Shown here: piece after piece, positions 8,659 through 16,832 of the stretch
Layout of the letters: the number at the start of each line of letters is the position of its first letter
How positions within the stretch are numbered: the first letter of the stretch is position 1
Source: Actinobacteria bacterium UBA7524
GTDB taxonomy: Bacteria > Actinomycetota > Coriobacteriia > Anaerosomatales > UBA912
NCBI GenBank assembly: GCA_002478275.1
Contig: DLMY01000015.1
Location: forward strand, 1 to 34,363
Length of the DNA stretch: 34,363 nucleotides
Direction of reading: 5' to 3'
Notes under the pieces: model-generated
What the model was told of the DNA's origin: nothing
Databases searched by the model: none
What the model saw: only the letters and a program-made list of their open reading frames with translations
Position numbers and translations under genes: made by a program

Positions 8659-9080
8659 CAGCGGTCGTTCTCCTCGGCAGATGAATCCAGATATGACTGG
8701 AGGATTATCGCGGCGGCTACCATGTCGACGCTTCCCCGCCGTTTCTTCGACGTGACTCCACTTTGTGCCATCACGCGCTCGGCCTGCGCGCTGCTCAGCC
8801 GCTCATCGTGATAGACCACCCGCACTGGCAGGCGGTCAGCCAGGGCCTCGCCTTCTGCGCGCACCCGCGCTGCCTGTGGTCCTTCCTGACCGGACATCCC
8901 CAGGGGAAGACCGAGGACGACCAGACCGATCTCGTAGTCCTCGAAGATGTGGTCCATCGCGCCAGTGCACGCCGACAGCGGTCCGTCGAGTACGGTAAGC
9001 GGCGTAGCCACCTTACCATCAGGGTCGGATATGGCGACGCCGATGCGACGCTCTCCGATGTCGAGACCCATGACCCGCAC
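8658..9080 (-). CDS. ruvX: YqgF/RuvX family nuclease (pre-16S rRNA maturation / Holliday junction resolvase-like)
   Basis: GLDIGERRIGVAISD, VLGLP, DERLSS, VDMVAAAIILQSYLD. The likely start is GTG 9080, just after the alaS stop. Confidence 0.95.
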   Translation of the reverse strand: MRVMGLDIGERRIGVAISDPDGKVATPLTVLDGPLSACTGAMDHIFEDYEIGLVVLGLPLGMSGQEGPQAARVRAEGEALADRLPVRVVYHDERLSSAQAERVMAQSGVTSKKRRGSVDMVAAAIILQSYLDSSAEENDR

Positions 9081-9087
9081 GAGGTTC

Positions 9088-11724
9088 CTACGCCCCCGAG
9101 ACGAGCATCTCGCGTGCCAGACGCAACGCTTCGTCCAGGCCGGTCGCATCCTTGCCGCCTGCCTGGGCCATCGACGGTTTCCCGCCACCGCCGCCCTTCA
9201 CCGCCGGCGAGATGGTCCTGATGACCGCCCCGGCATCGAAGCCGGCCGCCACCGCCTCATCGGTGCCAGCTGCAAGCAACAAAGGCGCCCCGCTCTCGGG
9301 ATCGACAGAGGCGAGAACAGCCGCCCCGGAGCCGCCAAGCCGGGAGCGGATGATGTCCCAGGCACTCCGGAGCCCGGTAGCGTTCGAATCCGGGATCCGG
9401 GAGACGACGAGCGGGTAGCCGACTTCGAGCTTCGCGGCCAGGACCTCGTCGATGTCCGACTCCGACAGCCGCTCGACGGCACGGTCTCCCGCCGACTCCA
9501 GCTCCTTCATGCGCTTGAGGGCGGAAGCCACACGTTCGCTGACTTCGAACCGTCGGACTTTGAGTGCGAGCGCGACGCCCAAGAGCTCCTTCTCCTCGCG
9601 CTCGACGTACTCGAGCGCATCGAAGCTTGTCACTGCCTCGATCCGCCTCAGGTTCGCACCGACCGAACCCTCGGAGAGCACCCTTAGAAGCCCGATCTCG
9701 CTTGTCGAAGCGACGTGTGTGCCACCGCACAGCTCCTTGGAGAAGTTCCCGACTTCGAGCACGCGCACGAACTCGCCGTACTTCTCACCGAACAGCGCAG
9801 TGACGCCGGTTTCTCGCGCAGTGGCCAGGGAGGTCTCGTACGCGCGCACGGGATGGTTCTCCATGATCTTGACGTTGACCATACGCTCCACCTTCGTAAG
9901 CACATCCGCCCCGGGAGCCTCGAAGTGAGTGAAGTCGAAACGCATCCGGTCGGGAGCGACATACGATCCGCTCTGCTTGACATGTTCACCGAGCACGAGG
10001 CGCAAGGCCCAGTGCAGCAAGTGGGTCGCAGTGTGGTTCCGGCGGATCCGCTCGCGACGCATCACGTCGATAGATGCCGTGACCTTCGAGCCGACGCTCA
10101 GCATTCCGGCATCCAAGACGCCCACATGCGCAACCACGCCCGCGACCGGCAACCGCGTGTCGCTGACGGTGAAGACAGCGCCATCGATGGTGGAAAGGGT
10201 GCCGGTATCCCCCACCTGACCACCCTGTTCGCCGTAGAAAGGAGTGCGATCGAGGACGATGTCCGCGGCACTCCCCGCTTCGACGCTGTCCTTGAGTTCG
10301 CCTTCGACGACGATCCCGACGACCGTGGCCTCGGCCACATCTGTCTCGTAACCCACGAACTCCGACGCGCCGGAAGCCAGCGCGATGTCATTGAAGCTCC
10401 CGCCGAAGCCGGACCATGACTCGTCCTTGACCGCGGCGCGGGCCCGCGCGCGCTGGGCGGACATCTCCCTCTCGAACACGTCCATGTCCACGCCATGACC
10501 CTGCTCGGCGAGAATCTCAGCTGTGAGTTCCACTGGAAAGCCATACGTGTCGTGCAGGGTGAAAGCCTTGACGCCGTCCAAGGTCGACTCTCCCGCTTCT
10601 TCGAGCGCGGCCACCTCGTCCTCCAGGAACGCCAGACCCTGGCGCAATGTGGCGCTGAAGCGCTGTTCTTCGGAATCGCAGATGCGCGCGACGAGATCAT
10701 GATGCTCGATGATCTCGGGATACGCCGCACCGAAGCGTTCGACCACGATGTCTACAAGCGCGTGCATGACCGGCTCGGACCTGCCGAGCAGTCGCACGTG
10801 ACGCACCGCTCGCCGCAACAGGCGGCGCAGGACGTAGCCGCGCCCCTCGTTCGACGGCAACACGCCGTCGGCGATCATGAACGTCACCGCGCGCGCGTGG
10901 TCCGTCACGATTCTCAGGCTCGTGTCCCGCTTCTCGTCCTGACCGTACGGCACGCCAGTGAGTTCCTCGGCGAGAGACATGATCGCTCGCAGGTCGTCGG
11001 TCTCGAAGTTGGACTGCACGCCCTGCATGATCGCCGCTACGCGCTCCAGGCCCATGCCCGTGTCGATGTTCTGCTTGGGAAGCGGGGTGAGTGTGCCGTC
11101 CTCGGCACGGTCGTACTGCATGAAGACGAGGTTCCAGTACTCGAGGAAACGGTCGCAGTCGCAGCCCGGACGGCACTCATCACTACCGCAGCCGACGTCG
11201 GCGCCCTGGTCGTAGTAGAGCTCCGAGCACGGGCCGCACGGACCGGTGGGGCCAGCCGACCAGAAGTTGTCCTTGGCACCCAGACGCACGATGCGGTCCG
11301 GGGCGACGCCGATCTCATCGCGCCAGATCGCTTCGGCCTCGTCGTCGTCCTCGAAGATCGAGTACCACATGCGCTCCGGATCGAGTCCGAGAACGGCGGT
11401 CGAGAACTCGTACGCCCACGCACACGCCTCACGCTTGAAGTAGTCCCCGAAACTGAAGTTGCCCAGCATCTCGAAGAAGCTGTGGTGCCGCCCTGTCGTC
11501 CCGATGATGTCGATGTCGGTGGTGCGCAGGCACTTCTGGCAACTGGTCGCCCGCGTGAAACCGAGGTCTTTCAGGCCGAGGAACACCGGCTTGAACTGCA
11601 CCATACCAGCGCTCGTGAACAACAGGGACGGATCATCGGGGATCAACGAACTCGAAGGCCAGCGGCGGCTTCCCTTGCTTTCGAAGAAGGACAGGTACGC
11701 CTCGCGTATCTCGGCGGACTTCAC
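9088..11724 (-). CDS. alaS: Alanine--tRNA ligase
   Basis: DPSLLFTSAGMVQFK, FFEMLGNFSFGDYFK, DTGMGLER, editing motifs HTATH and ELCGGTH, C-Ala GGGGGKPSMAQAGG. GTG start 11724 with a GAGGAG RBS. Confidence 0.98.
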   Translation of the reverse strand: MKSAEIREAYLSFFESKGSRRWPSSSLIPDDPSLLFTSAGMVQFKPVFLGLKDLGFTRATSCQKCLRTTDIDIIGTTGRHHSFFEMLGNFSFGDYFKREACAWAYEFSTAVLGLDPERMWYSIFEDDDEAEAIWRDEIGVAPDRIVRLGAKDNFWSAGPTGPCGPCSELYYDQGADVGCGSDECRPGCDCDRFLEYWNLVFMQYDRAEDGTLTPLPKQNIDTGMGLERVAAIMQGVQSNFETDDLRAIMSLAEELTGVPYGQDEKRDTSLRIVTDHARAVTFMIADGVLPSNEGRGYVLRRLLRRAVRHVRLLGRSEPVMHALVDIVVERFGAAYPEIIEHHDLVARICDSEEQRFSATLRQGLAFLEDEVAALEEAGESTLDGVKAFTLHDTYGFPVELTAEILAEQGHGVDMDVFEREMSAQRARARAAVKDESWSGFGGSFNDIALASGASEFVGYETDVAEATVVGIVVEGELKDSVEAGSAADIVLDRTPFYGEQGGQVGDTGTLSTIDGAVFTVSDTRLPVAGVVAHVGVLDAGMLSVGSKVTASIDVMRRERIRRNHTATHLLHWALRLVLGEHVKQSGSYVAPDRMRFDFTHFEAPGADVLTKVERMVNVKIMENHPVRAYETSLATARETGVTALFGEKYGEFVRVLEVGNFSKELCGGTHVASTSEIGLLRVLSEGSVGANLRRIEAVTSFDALEYVEREEKELLGVALALKVRRFEVSERVASALKRMKELESAGDRAVERLSESDIDEVLAAKLEVGYPLVVSRIPDSNATGLRSAWDIIRSRLGGSGAAVLASVDPESGAPLLLAAGTDEAVAAGFDAGAVIRTISPAVKGGGGGKPSMAQAGGKDATGLDEALRLAREMLVSGA

Positions 11725-11725
11725 T

Positions 11726-12943
11726 TTACGGTGTCTCCTCGGTACTCGGATCGGGCTCATCTGCTGGGTCGAAACACTCGGCTTCGTCGCCTTCGCCTGA
11801 AGCATCGGGCTCGGGACACTCCCTGCGACCGGGCTTGCGGAACAGCGCGCCTCTCTCGGTGGCGAGCTCGGAGGACGTGTGCTTCTCGAAATAGTAGACG
11901 AACAGCGTGTTGATGACACCCGCGATCGGGACCGCGAAGAACATCCCGGCCAGGCCTGCGGTGGAAGCTCCCACAAGGAGGGCGAACACCACGAAGACCG
12001 GATGGATGTTCACCGTGTCCGACATGATGCGGGGTTGAAGGAACATGGATTCGAACTGCTGGAGGATGACGATCCAGATGATGGTGTACAAGACGAGCTG
12101 GGGCGAAACGAACGCGGCCGAGATGGCCGCGATGAGCCCTCCGACCACAGGACCCACGTATGGGATGAAGTTGGTCACACCCGCTATCAGGCCGATGATG
12201 AGCGCATAAGGTACACCGAGCACCTGCAGGCCCGCCCACGTCAGCACGCCGACGATCATCGCGATCAGGCTCTGTCCACGCAACCAGCCCTCGATGACCA
12301 CACGGATGCGAGTCAGAATCTCCATGAGGGAGTCCCTGCGGTTTTCGCCTCCCAGCTGAAGCACCTCACGATGCAGCGTAGGTAGGTCGCGCAGTACGAA
12401 GAACGCCAAGGTCAGCGAGAGAAAGATGTTGATGACGAAACCGACCAGCCTGCCTCCCACACCGAGCACGCCGGCGGCGATCCGGCTCGACCAGGCCGTC
12501 AGCTGCTGCGCGAGCGACGCGCGCGCGGAACGGGCGGCCCCCTCGACCCAATCGGGAATCTCGAGCGTCGTGTACTCGCGCTGAAGATTGAACCAGAGCT
12601 TGCTTGCCGAATCGTAGTAGCCCGGAAACGCCTGAACGAACTCGGCTGTCTGGGAGACCAGCGGTGGGATGACGAAGAGTCCCGCGAAGGTGAGCAGGAG
12701 CGCGGCGACGAGGTACGCGATCGCAACCGCCGCGCCACGCGAAACACCGCGCTTGGCCAGCAGAGCGACCGGGCGCCGCAAGATGAACACGACGAGCGCT
12801 GCGAGAACGAACGGGGTCAGCACCGATGCGATGCGCGAGAGCAGCCACAGCAGTGCCGCGATGATCGCGGCGACACCGATGGCGGTCCAGACCAGCAACG
12901 CCCATCTTACGAGTCTGTCACGGTTGTCTATCCGAAACTGCAT
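11726..12943 (-). CDS. AI-2E (PerM) family membrane protein
   Basis: Multiple TM helices; GWLRGQ, NFIPYVGP, QQFESMFLQPRIM..VNIHP, GMFFAVP pattern. The position upstream of alaS is common in Firmicutes. Confidence 0.92.
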   Translation of the reverse strand: MQFRIDNRDRLVRWALLVWTAIGVAAIIAALLWLLSRIASVLTPFVLAALVVFILRRPVALLAKRGVSRGAAVAIAYLVAALLLTFAGLFVIPPLVSQTAEFVQAFPGYYDSASKLWFNLQREYTTLEIPDWVEGAARSARASLAQQLTAWSSRIAAGVLGVGGRLVGFVINIFLSLTLAFFVLRDLPTLHREVLQLGGENRRDSLMEILTRIRVVIEGWLRGQSLIAMIVGVLTWAGLQVLGVPYALIIGLIAGVTNFIPYVGPVVGGLIAAISAAFVSPQLVLYTIIWIVILQQFESMFLQPRIMSDTVNIHPVFVVFALLVGASTAGLAGMFFAVPIAGVINTLFVYYFEKHTSSELATERGALFRKPGRRECPEPDASGEGDEAECFDPADEPDPSTEETP

Positions 12944-12948
12944 CGCCG

Positions 12949-13740
12949 TCAGATTTCCCTCACTATGTTGTCACGCAGGATGCGTAGTGTGCGACGAAGC
13001 AGCCGGGAGACCTGCATCTGCGATATGTCCAGTCTGCGCGCGATCTCGGTCTGGGTAAGTCCCTGGAAGAACCTCAGGTACAAGACTCTCTGCTCCTGAG
13101 GTGTCAGGTCTTTGAGCGCGACCGAGAGCGTGGTGCGATCGTCGATCACGGCCATGAGTTCATCGTCCTGCCCGATGTACTCGAGGATGCTGAAGCTGTC
13201 GGAACCGTCGCCGCCCCTGTCGGATTCAAGGGAGACGAAGTTGTACGCCTCACTCGTCTCCATCGCCTCGAGAACCTCTTCGGGGGTCACCTCAAGGTAC
13301 TGTGCGATCTCCAGGATCGAGGGCGAGCGCTGCAGTTTCTGAGTCAGGGCGTCAATCGCCTGGTTCACACGAAACGAGAGTTCCTGAAGACGGCGGGGAA
13401 CCTTGATGGCCCAACCCTTGTCGCGGAAGTAGCGCTTCAGTTCACCGACGATGGTCGGGGTAGCGTACGTCGTGAACTCGACTTGCCGGTCGGTATCGAA
13501 ACGGTCGATCGCCTTGATCAAGCCTATCGTGCCGACCTGTATGAGGTCGTCGATCGGTTCGCCCCGGTTGCGGAAGCGGCTCGCAAGGTACTTCACGAGG
13601 TTCAGATACATCGTGATCAACTCGTCGCGAGCGGCCTCGTCATCGTCTTCGCGATATCGGCGAAACAGCTCGCGGGTGTGCTGCTTGTCCCACGTGAGCT
13701 TGCGAGAAGATTGCTTGTCTTGTCTTCTAGCCGACGGCAT
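12949..13740 (-). CDS. SigB/SigF/SigG family RNA polymerase sigma factor
   Basis: DDLIQVGTIGLIKAIDRFD, FTTYATPTIVGELKRYFRDKGWAIKVPRRLQE, LTQTEIARRLDISQMQVSRL. Probable start MPSARR at 13740, overlapping the anti-sigma end. Confidence 0.95.
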   Translation of the reverse strand: MPSARRQDKQSSRKLTWDKQHTRELFRRYREDDDEAARDELITMYLNLVKYLASRFRNRGEPIDDLIQVGTIGLIKAIDRFDTDRQVEFTTYATPTIVGELKRYFRDKGWAIKVPRRLQELSFRVNQAIDALTQKLQRSPSILEIAQYLEVTPEEVLEAMETSEAYNFVSLESDRGGDGSDSFSILEYIGQDDELMAVIDDRTTLSVALKDLTPQEQRVLYLRFFQGLTQTEIARRLDISQMQVSRLLRRTLRILRDNIVREI

Positions 13741-14131
13741 CGGCCCGCTCCGACGGCAGTGTCTTGATGACGGCCAGATGTGTGCCATCTTCATCAGAGG
13801 CCATCTCGAACCGGTCACAGACCGACTGCAGGATGAATGTGGCATAAGCGGCGCGACGCTCCGCGTCCTCATCAGCCACGCGCTCCCCATCGCCCAACGT
13901 GACCCGGATCTCGAACGAATCGGGCGTCTTGCGAAACTCCATGCTTACAGCATCCACCCCGGGAGAATGGTCCGCCGCGTAGATGAACGCCTCTTCGGCG
14001 GCTATTCTGACATCGTCGACCTCGTCATAGGACAGCCCGGTACGGCTGACCAGCGCCGAAGCGGTCATGCGCACGGTCAGTGCGTACTCCGGTCGAGGCG
14101 GCAACGTCAAGATTATCGTGTCGTATGCCAT
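13727..14131 (-). CDS. RsbW-like anti-sigma factor with degenerate GHKL motifs
   Basis: TIILTLPPRPEYALTVRMTASALVSRTGLSYDEVDDVRIAAEEA matches the RsbW N-terminus. GGAGGAG RBS; lies directly upstream of the sigma gene. Confidence 0.85.
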   Translation of the reverse strand: MAYDTIILTLPPRPEYALTVRMTASALVSRTGLSYDEVDDVRIAAEEAFIYAADHSPGVDAVSMEFRKTPDSFEIRVTLGDGERVADEDAERRAAYATFILQSVCDRFEMASDEDGTHLAVIKTLPSERADAVG

Positions 14132-14171
14132 AGCTCCTCCAGGCAGTTCTGTCTCGGTCCAGACCCGAACT

Positions 14172-14534
14172 TCACGCACCTCGGCCGCGACGCCATACCG
14201 ACACCGCCCGCCGCAAGCTACCGCCCAAGTTCACAAGCGTCTCGAGCGGCGCGTTGACCGCATCATGCACGGCGGTAGTCGTCGACGTAACACGGCCCGT
14301 GACCTCTTCGAACTGTGTCACGACACCGTCGATTCTCAGAAGCTCGGCGTTCACGGCGTCCAGCGTGACGTCCGCCTTCTCCAACATGGGAAGCAATCGC
14401 TCTCGAAGCTCATCGGAACTGCGACGTAGCGAGCGCAACGTGCCCACGGCCTCGTACATAGCGAACAGGGCCATCGCACACACCGCGATGACCGCGATCG
14501 ACACCATGAACTGCAGCACGGATGAAGACTCCAC
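14172..14534 (-). CDS. DUF948/YoxC-like protein (N-terminal TM plus coiled coil)
   Basis: Hydrophobic N-terminus followed by amphipathic helices (LLPMLEKADVTLDAVNAELLRIDGV). The position between rarA and alaS is as in actinobacteria. Confidence 0.75.
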   Translation of the reverse strand: MESSSVLQFMVSIAVIAVCAMALFAMYEAVGTLRSLRRSSDELRERLLPMLEKADVTLDAVNAELLRIDGVVTQFEEVTGRVTSTTTAVHDAVNAPLETLVNLGGSLRRAVSVWRRGRGA

Positions 14535-14567
14535 GGGCCATCCAATAAGACGGTGCTGGACCGCCTA

Positions 14568-14576
14568 AGTGTATCA
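14568..14576 (-). promoter_or_regulatory. Putative extended -10 promoter for the DUF948/anti-sigma/sigma unit
   Basis: TGATACACT (TGnTAnnnT) 33 nt upstream of the GTG start, in an AT-richer intergenic gap. Confidence 0.55.
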
Positions 14577-14603
14577 GAATCAGGCCAGGTTATGGCCGGT
14601 CGA

Positions 14604-15926
14604 TCACCCGTCTGTGGTCTCTTCGCGGCGCTGTGCGATCTCATTGGCGCGGGAATGCTCCCAACCCGCATCTCCGGGCTGGAAGAAACATCCGCGCTCG
14701 AGCCCATCCGGCAGATACGTCTGGTCGACCCATCCCCCGGGGTACGAGTGCGGGTAGAGATATACGCCATACTCATCGGCGCCGGGCCGGTGCCTGTCTC
14801 TGAGATGGTCGGGTACGGGTCGCGCCGGACCCGACCTGACCTCAGCCAGGGCATCGTCTATCGCACGATAGGACGCATTCGACTTGGGAGCCAGGGACAT
14901 GTAGACGGCGGCCTGGGCAAGGTTGATGCGGCACTCCGGCCACCCGATGAACTCCGCCGCCTTCACGGCGGCATGGGCGACGAGCACGGCTTGGGGATCG
15001 GCGTTGCCGATGTCCTCTGCAGCCATTATGAGGATGCGGCGTGCGATGAACTTCGGGTCCTCTCCCCCGTGCACCATTCTGGCAAGCCAGTAGACCGCGG
15101 CGTCTGGATCGCTTCCGCGCATCGACTTGATGAAGGCGGATATCACGTCGTAGTGAGTATCGCCGGTCTTGTCATAAGGCAGGATGCGTGTCGGAGTCGC
15201 CTCGCGAACGTGGTCCAGAGTGATACGCGCGACTGCTCCGCCGCCGGAGACACCGGCCTGCTGTGCAGCCAGCTCGAGCGTCGTGAGTGCGACCCTGGCG
15301 TCTCCGCCCGCTGTCAGGACCACGTACTCCTCGGCATCTGATTCGATCTCGAATCGGCCGGCAAGTCCGCGCTCGTCGAGCAGTGCCGTGCGTACGATGT
15401 CCCGAATCTCCCCATCGGTGAGGACTGCCAGCTCGAGCACGCGGGACCGACTGATGAGCGGAGCGTTCACCTCGAAGAACGGGTTTTCCGTGGTCGCGCC
15501 GATCAGGACCACAAGCCGGTCCTCCACCGCATGCAGAAGGGCGTCCTGCTGCGACTTGGAGAAGCGGTGGATCTCATCGACGAAAAGTATCGTGCGCTGG
15601 CCGGACAAACCGAGCCGCTCACGCGCTTGTTCGATGGCGTTTCGGATGTCGGCTACACCTGAGGTGACCGCAGAGAGCTCCGTGAAAGCCGAGCGAGTGG
15701 TGCTGGCGATGATACGCGCCAGGCTGGTCTTGCCCGTGCCCGCAGGTCCGTAGAAGATGAGCGAACTGAGGCTGTCTTGCTCGATCGCTGAGCGCAGGGC
15801 GGTACCGGGGCCCACGACATCTGTCTGACCGACGAACTCCTCGAGCGTGCGTGGACGCATACGAGCCGCAAGCGGCAGGCCCTCTTCCATCGCCCGGCGC
15901 GCGGATTCGTCGAACAGGCTTTCCAT
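14604..15926 (-). CDS. rarA: Replication-associated recombination protein A (MgsA/RarA AAA+ ATPase)
   Basis: PLAARMRPRTLEEFVGQ, GPAGTGKTS, VDEIHRFSKSQQD, GATTENP, HYDVISAFIKSMRGSDPDAA, YLYPH. Confidence 0.97.
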   Translation of the reverse strand: MESLFDESARRAMEEGLPLAARMRPRTLEEFVGQTDVVGPGTALRSAIEQDSLSSLIFYGPAGTGKTSLARIIASTTRSAFTELSAVTSGVADIRNAIEQARERLGLSGQRTILFVDEIHRFSKSQQDALLHAVEDRLVVLIGATTENPFFEVNAPLISRSRVLELAVLTDGEIRDIVRTALLDERGLAGRFEIESDAEEYVVLTAGGDARVALTTLELAAQQAGVSGGGAVARITLDHVREATPTRILPYDKTGDTHYDVISAFIKSMRGSDPDAAVYWLARMVHGGEDPKFIARRILIMAAEDIGNADPQAVLVAHAAVKAAEFIGWPECRINLAQAAVYMSLAPKSNASYRAIDDALAEVRSGPARPVPDHLRDRHRPGADEYGVYLYPHSYPGGWVDQTYLPDGLERGCFFQPGDAGWEHSRANEIAQRREETTDG

Positions 15927-15949
15927 GGCGACCTACCCGACCGCGCCGG

Positions 15950-16555
15950 TCACTGTGTGGCCCGAAGGACCTCACGCTCAATGGCGACCGCGTCGTTATA
16001 TCCGCGCATTCGAAACGTGATGTGCGCCTGCGTGTCGACGAAGACGATATAGGGTGTGTAGTCGACGGCCAGATAATCGCTACCGATGAGCTTGGCTGCC
16101 TTGTCAGCGGTATCGTCATCGGACAACCCGGGCAGGACTTCGATCTTACCGTCCTCGGAAGTCTTCACGTACTTCCCGACATCGAAGGCCACGAGATCGA
16201 TCAGCCCACGGTAGTCGGAAATCACCGAGTCGATCTCCTCGCGCTGGTCGTCAGACGCCCGCTGAGTGGAATCGTAGAAGAACAGGATCATCGGCTGCTT
16301 GGTCTCCAGCCTATCGAGTACAGCCGAGGGGATGACCGTCTCGTCAGTGGGAAACGGCTCGAACTCCTGCTCGGGAAGCGGCGATAGCACGTCGGCCTCT
16401 GACTCGGCGTCCGTAGGCGCTACGACGCCCTCGACGACCTCTTCCTGGACGGCCGCTTCTTCGCCACCTTCGTCGCCTCCCCCGCATCCGGCAAGTGAGA
16501 AGGCCATCACTGCTGCGAACACTACTGCGACTACTGCTACGACTGGTCTGCGCAT
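15950..16555 (-). CDS. Lipoprotein with an acidic linker and a probable thioredoxin-like fold lacking CXXC
   Basis: ATG 16555 with GGAGG RBS; signal peptide and lipobox LAGC; QPMILFFYD..., then L.V.YTPYIVFVD..G pattern similar to the thioredoxin cis-Pro region. Confidence 0.75.
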   Translation of the reverse strand: MRRPVVAVVAVVFAAVMAFSLAGCGGGDEGGEEAAVQEEVVEGVVAPTDAESEADVLSPLPEQEFEPFPTDETVIPSAVLDRLETKQPMILFFYDSTQRASDDQREEIDSVISDYRGLIDLVAFDVGKYVKTSEDGKIEVLPGLSDDDTADKAAKLIGSDYLAVDYTPYIVFVDTQAHITFRMRGYNDAVAIEREVLRATQ

Positions 16556-16585
16556 CTGCTTCCTCCGGGCCGTTGGCCTGTAAGC

Positions 16586-16764
16586 GAGCTCGCCCTGCCG
16601 TGGTCCGACGCGGTGTACCTGCTCTCCGCAGGTGGGTGCCCGCACCGACGGTCTCCAGCGTCCCCGACGAGGGGGATTCCTGTCCTCCGCGGAATGGTGA
16701 GGCTCCCTACTAAGAAGTGTTGGTTCAGCCGCATGATGCCGGATCCACGGACAAGGCGTAGCCC
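16586..16764 (-). ncRNA. ssrS: 6S RNA
   Basis: About 179 nt. The ends pair (GGGCTACGCCTTGTCCGTGGATCCGGC with GTCGGACCACGGCAGGGCGAGCTC). Internal TGAACC-AACAC..GGGAGCC and GGCACCCACCTG..CAGGT are typical of firmicute-type 6S RNA. It lies downstream of aspS and upstream of rarA, and has its own promoter. Confidence 0.88.
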
Positions 16765-16770
16765 ATACAT

Positions 16771-16799
16771 AGTGTAGCGTGCGCCGACGACACGGACAA
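16771..16799 (-). promoter_or_regulatory. Sigma70-type promoter of 6S RNA
   Basis: TTGTCC-17 bp-TACACT ending 6-7 nt before the predicted RNA 5' end. Confidence 0.75.
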
Positions 16800-16832
16800 C
16801 GCGCCCGGTCAGCGACCAGCATTCGGCGCGTC

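Noticed and set aside
10495..11913. Long plus-strand ORFs (e.g. 472 aa here, 334 aa at 1701-2705)
   Set aside because: Antisense shadows of well-supported genes in high-GC DNA, with no recognisable motifs.
11725..11976. ORF-track N-terminal extensions of alaS (and likewise ruvX, the sigma factor, the lipoprotein, the SBP and the Roadblock gene)
   Set aside because: They overlap upstream genes or the 6S RNA; better starts with RBS lie downstream.
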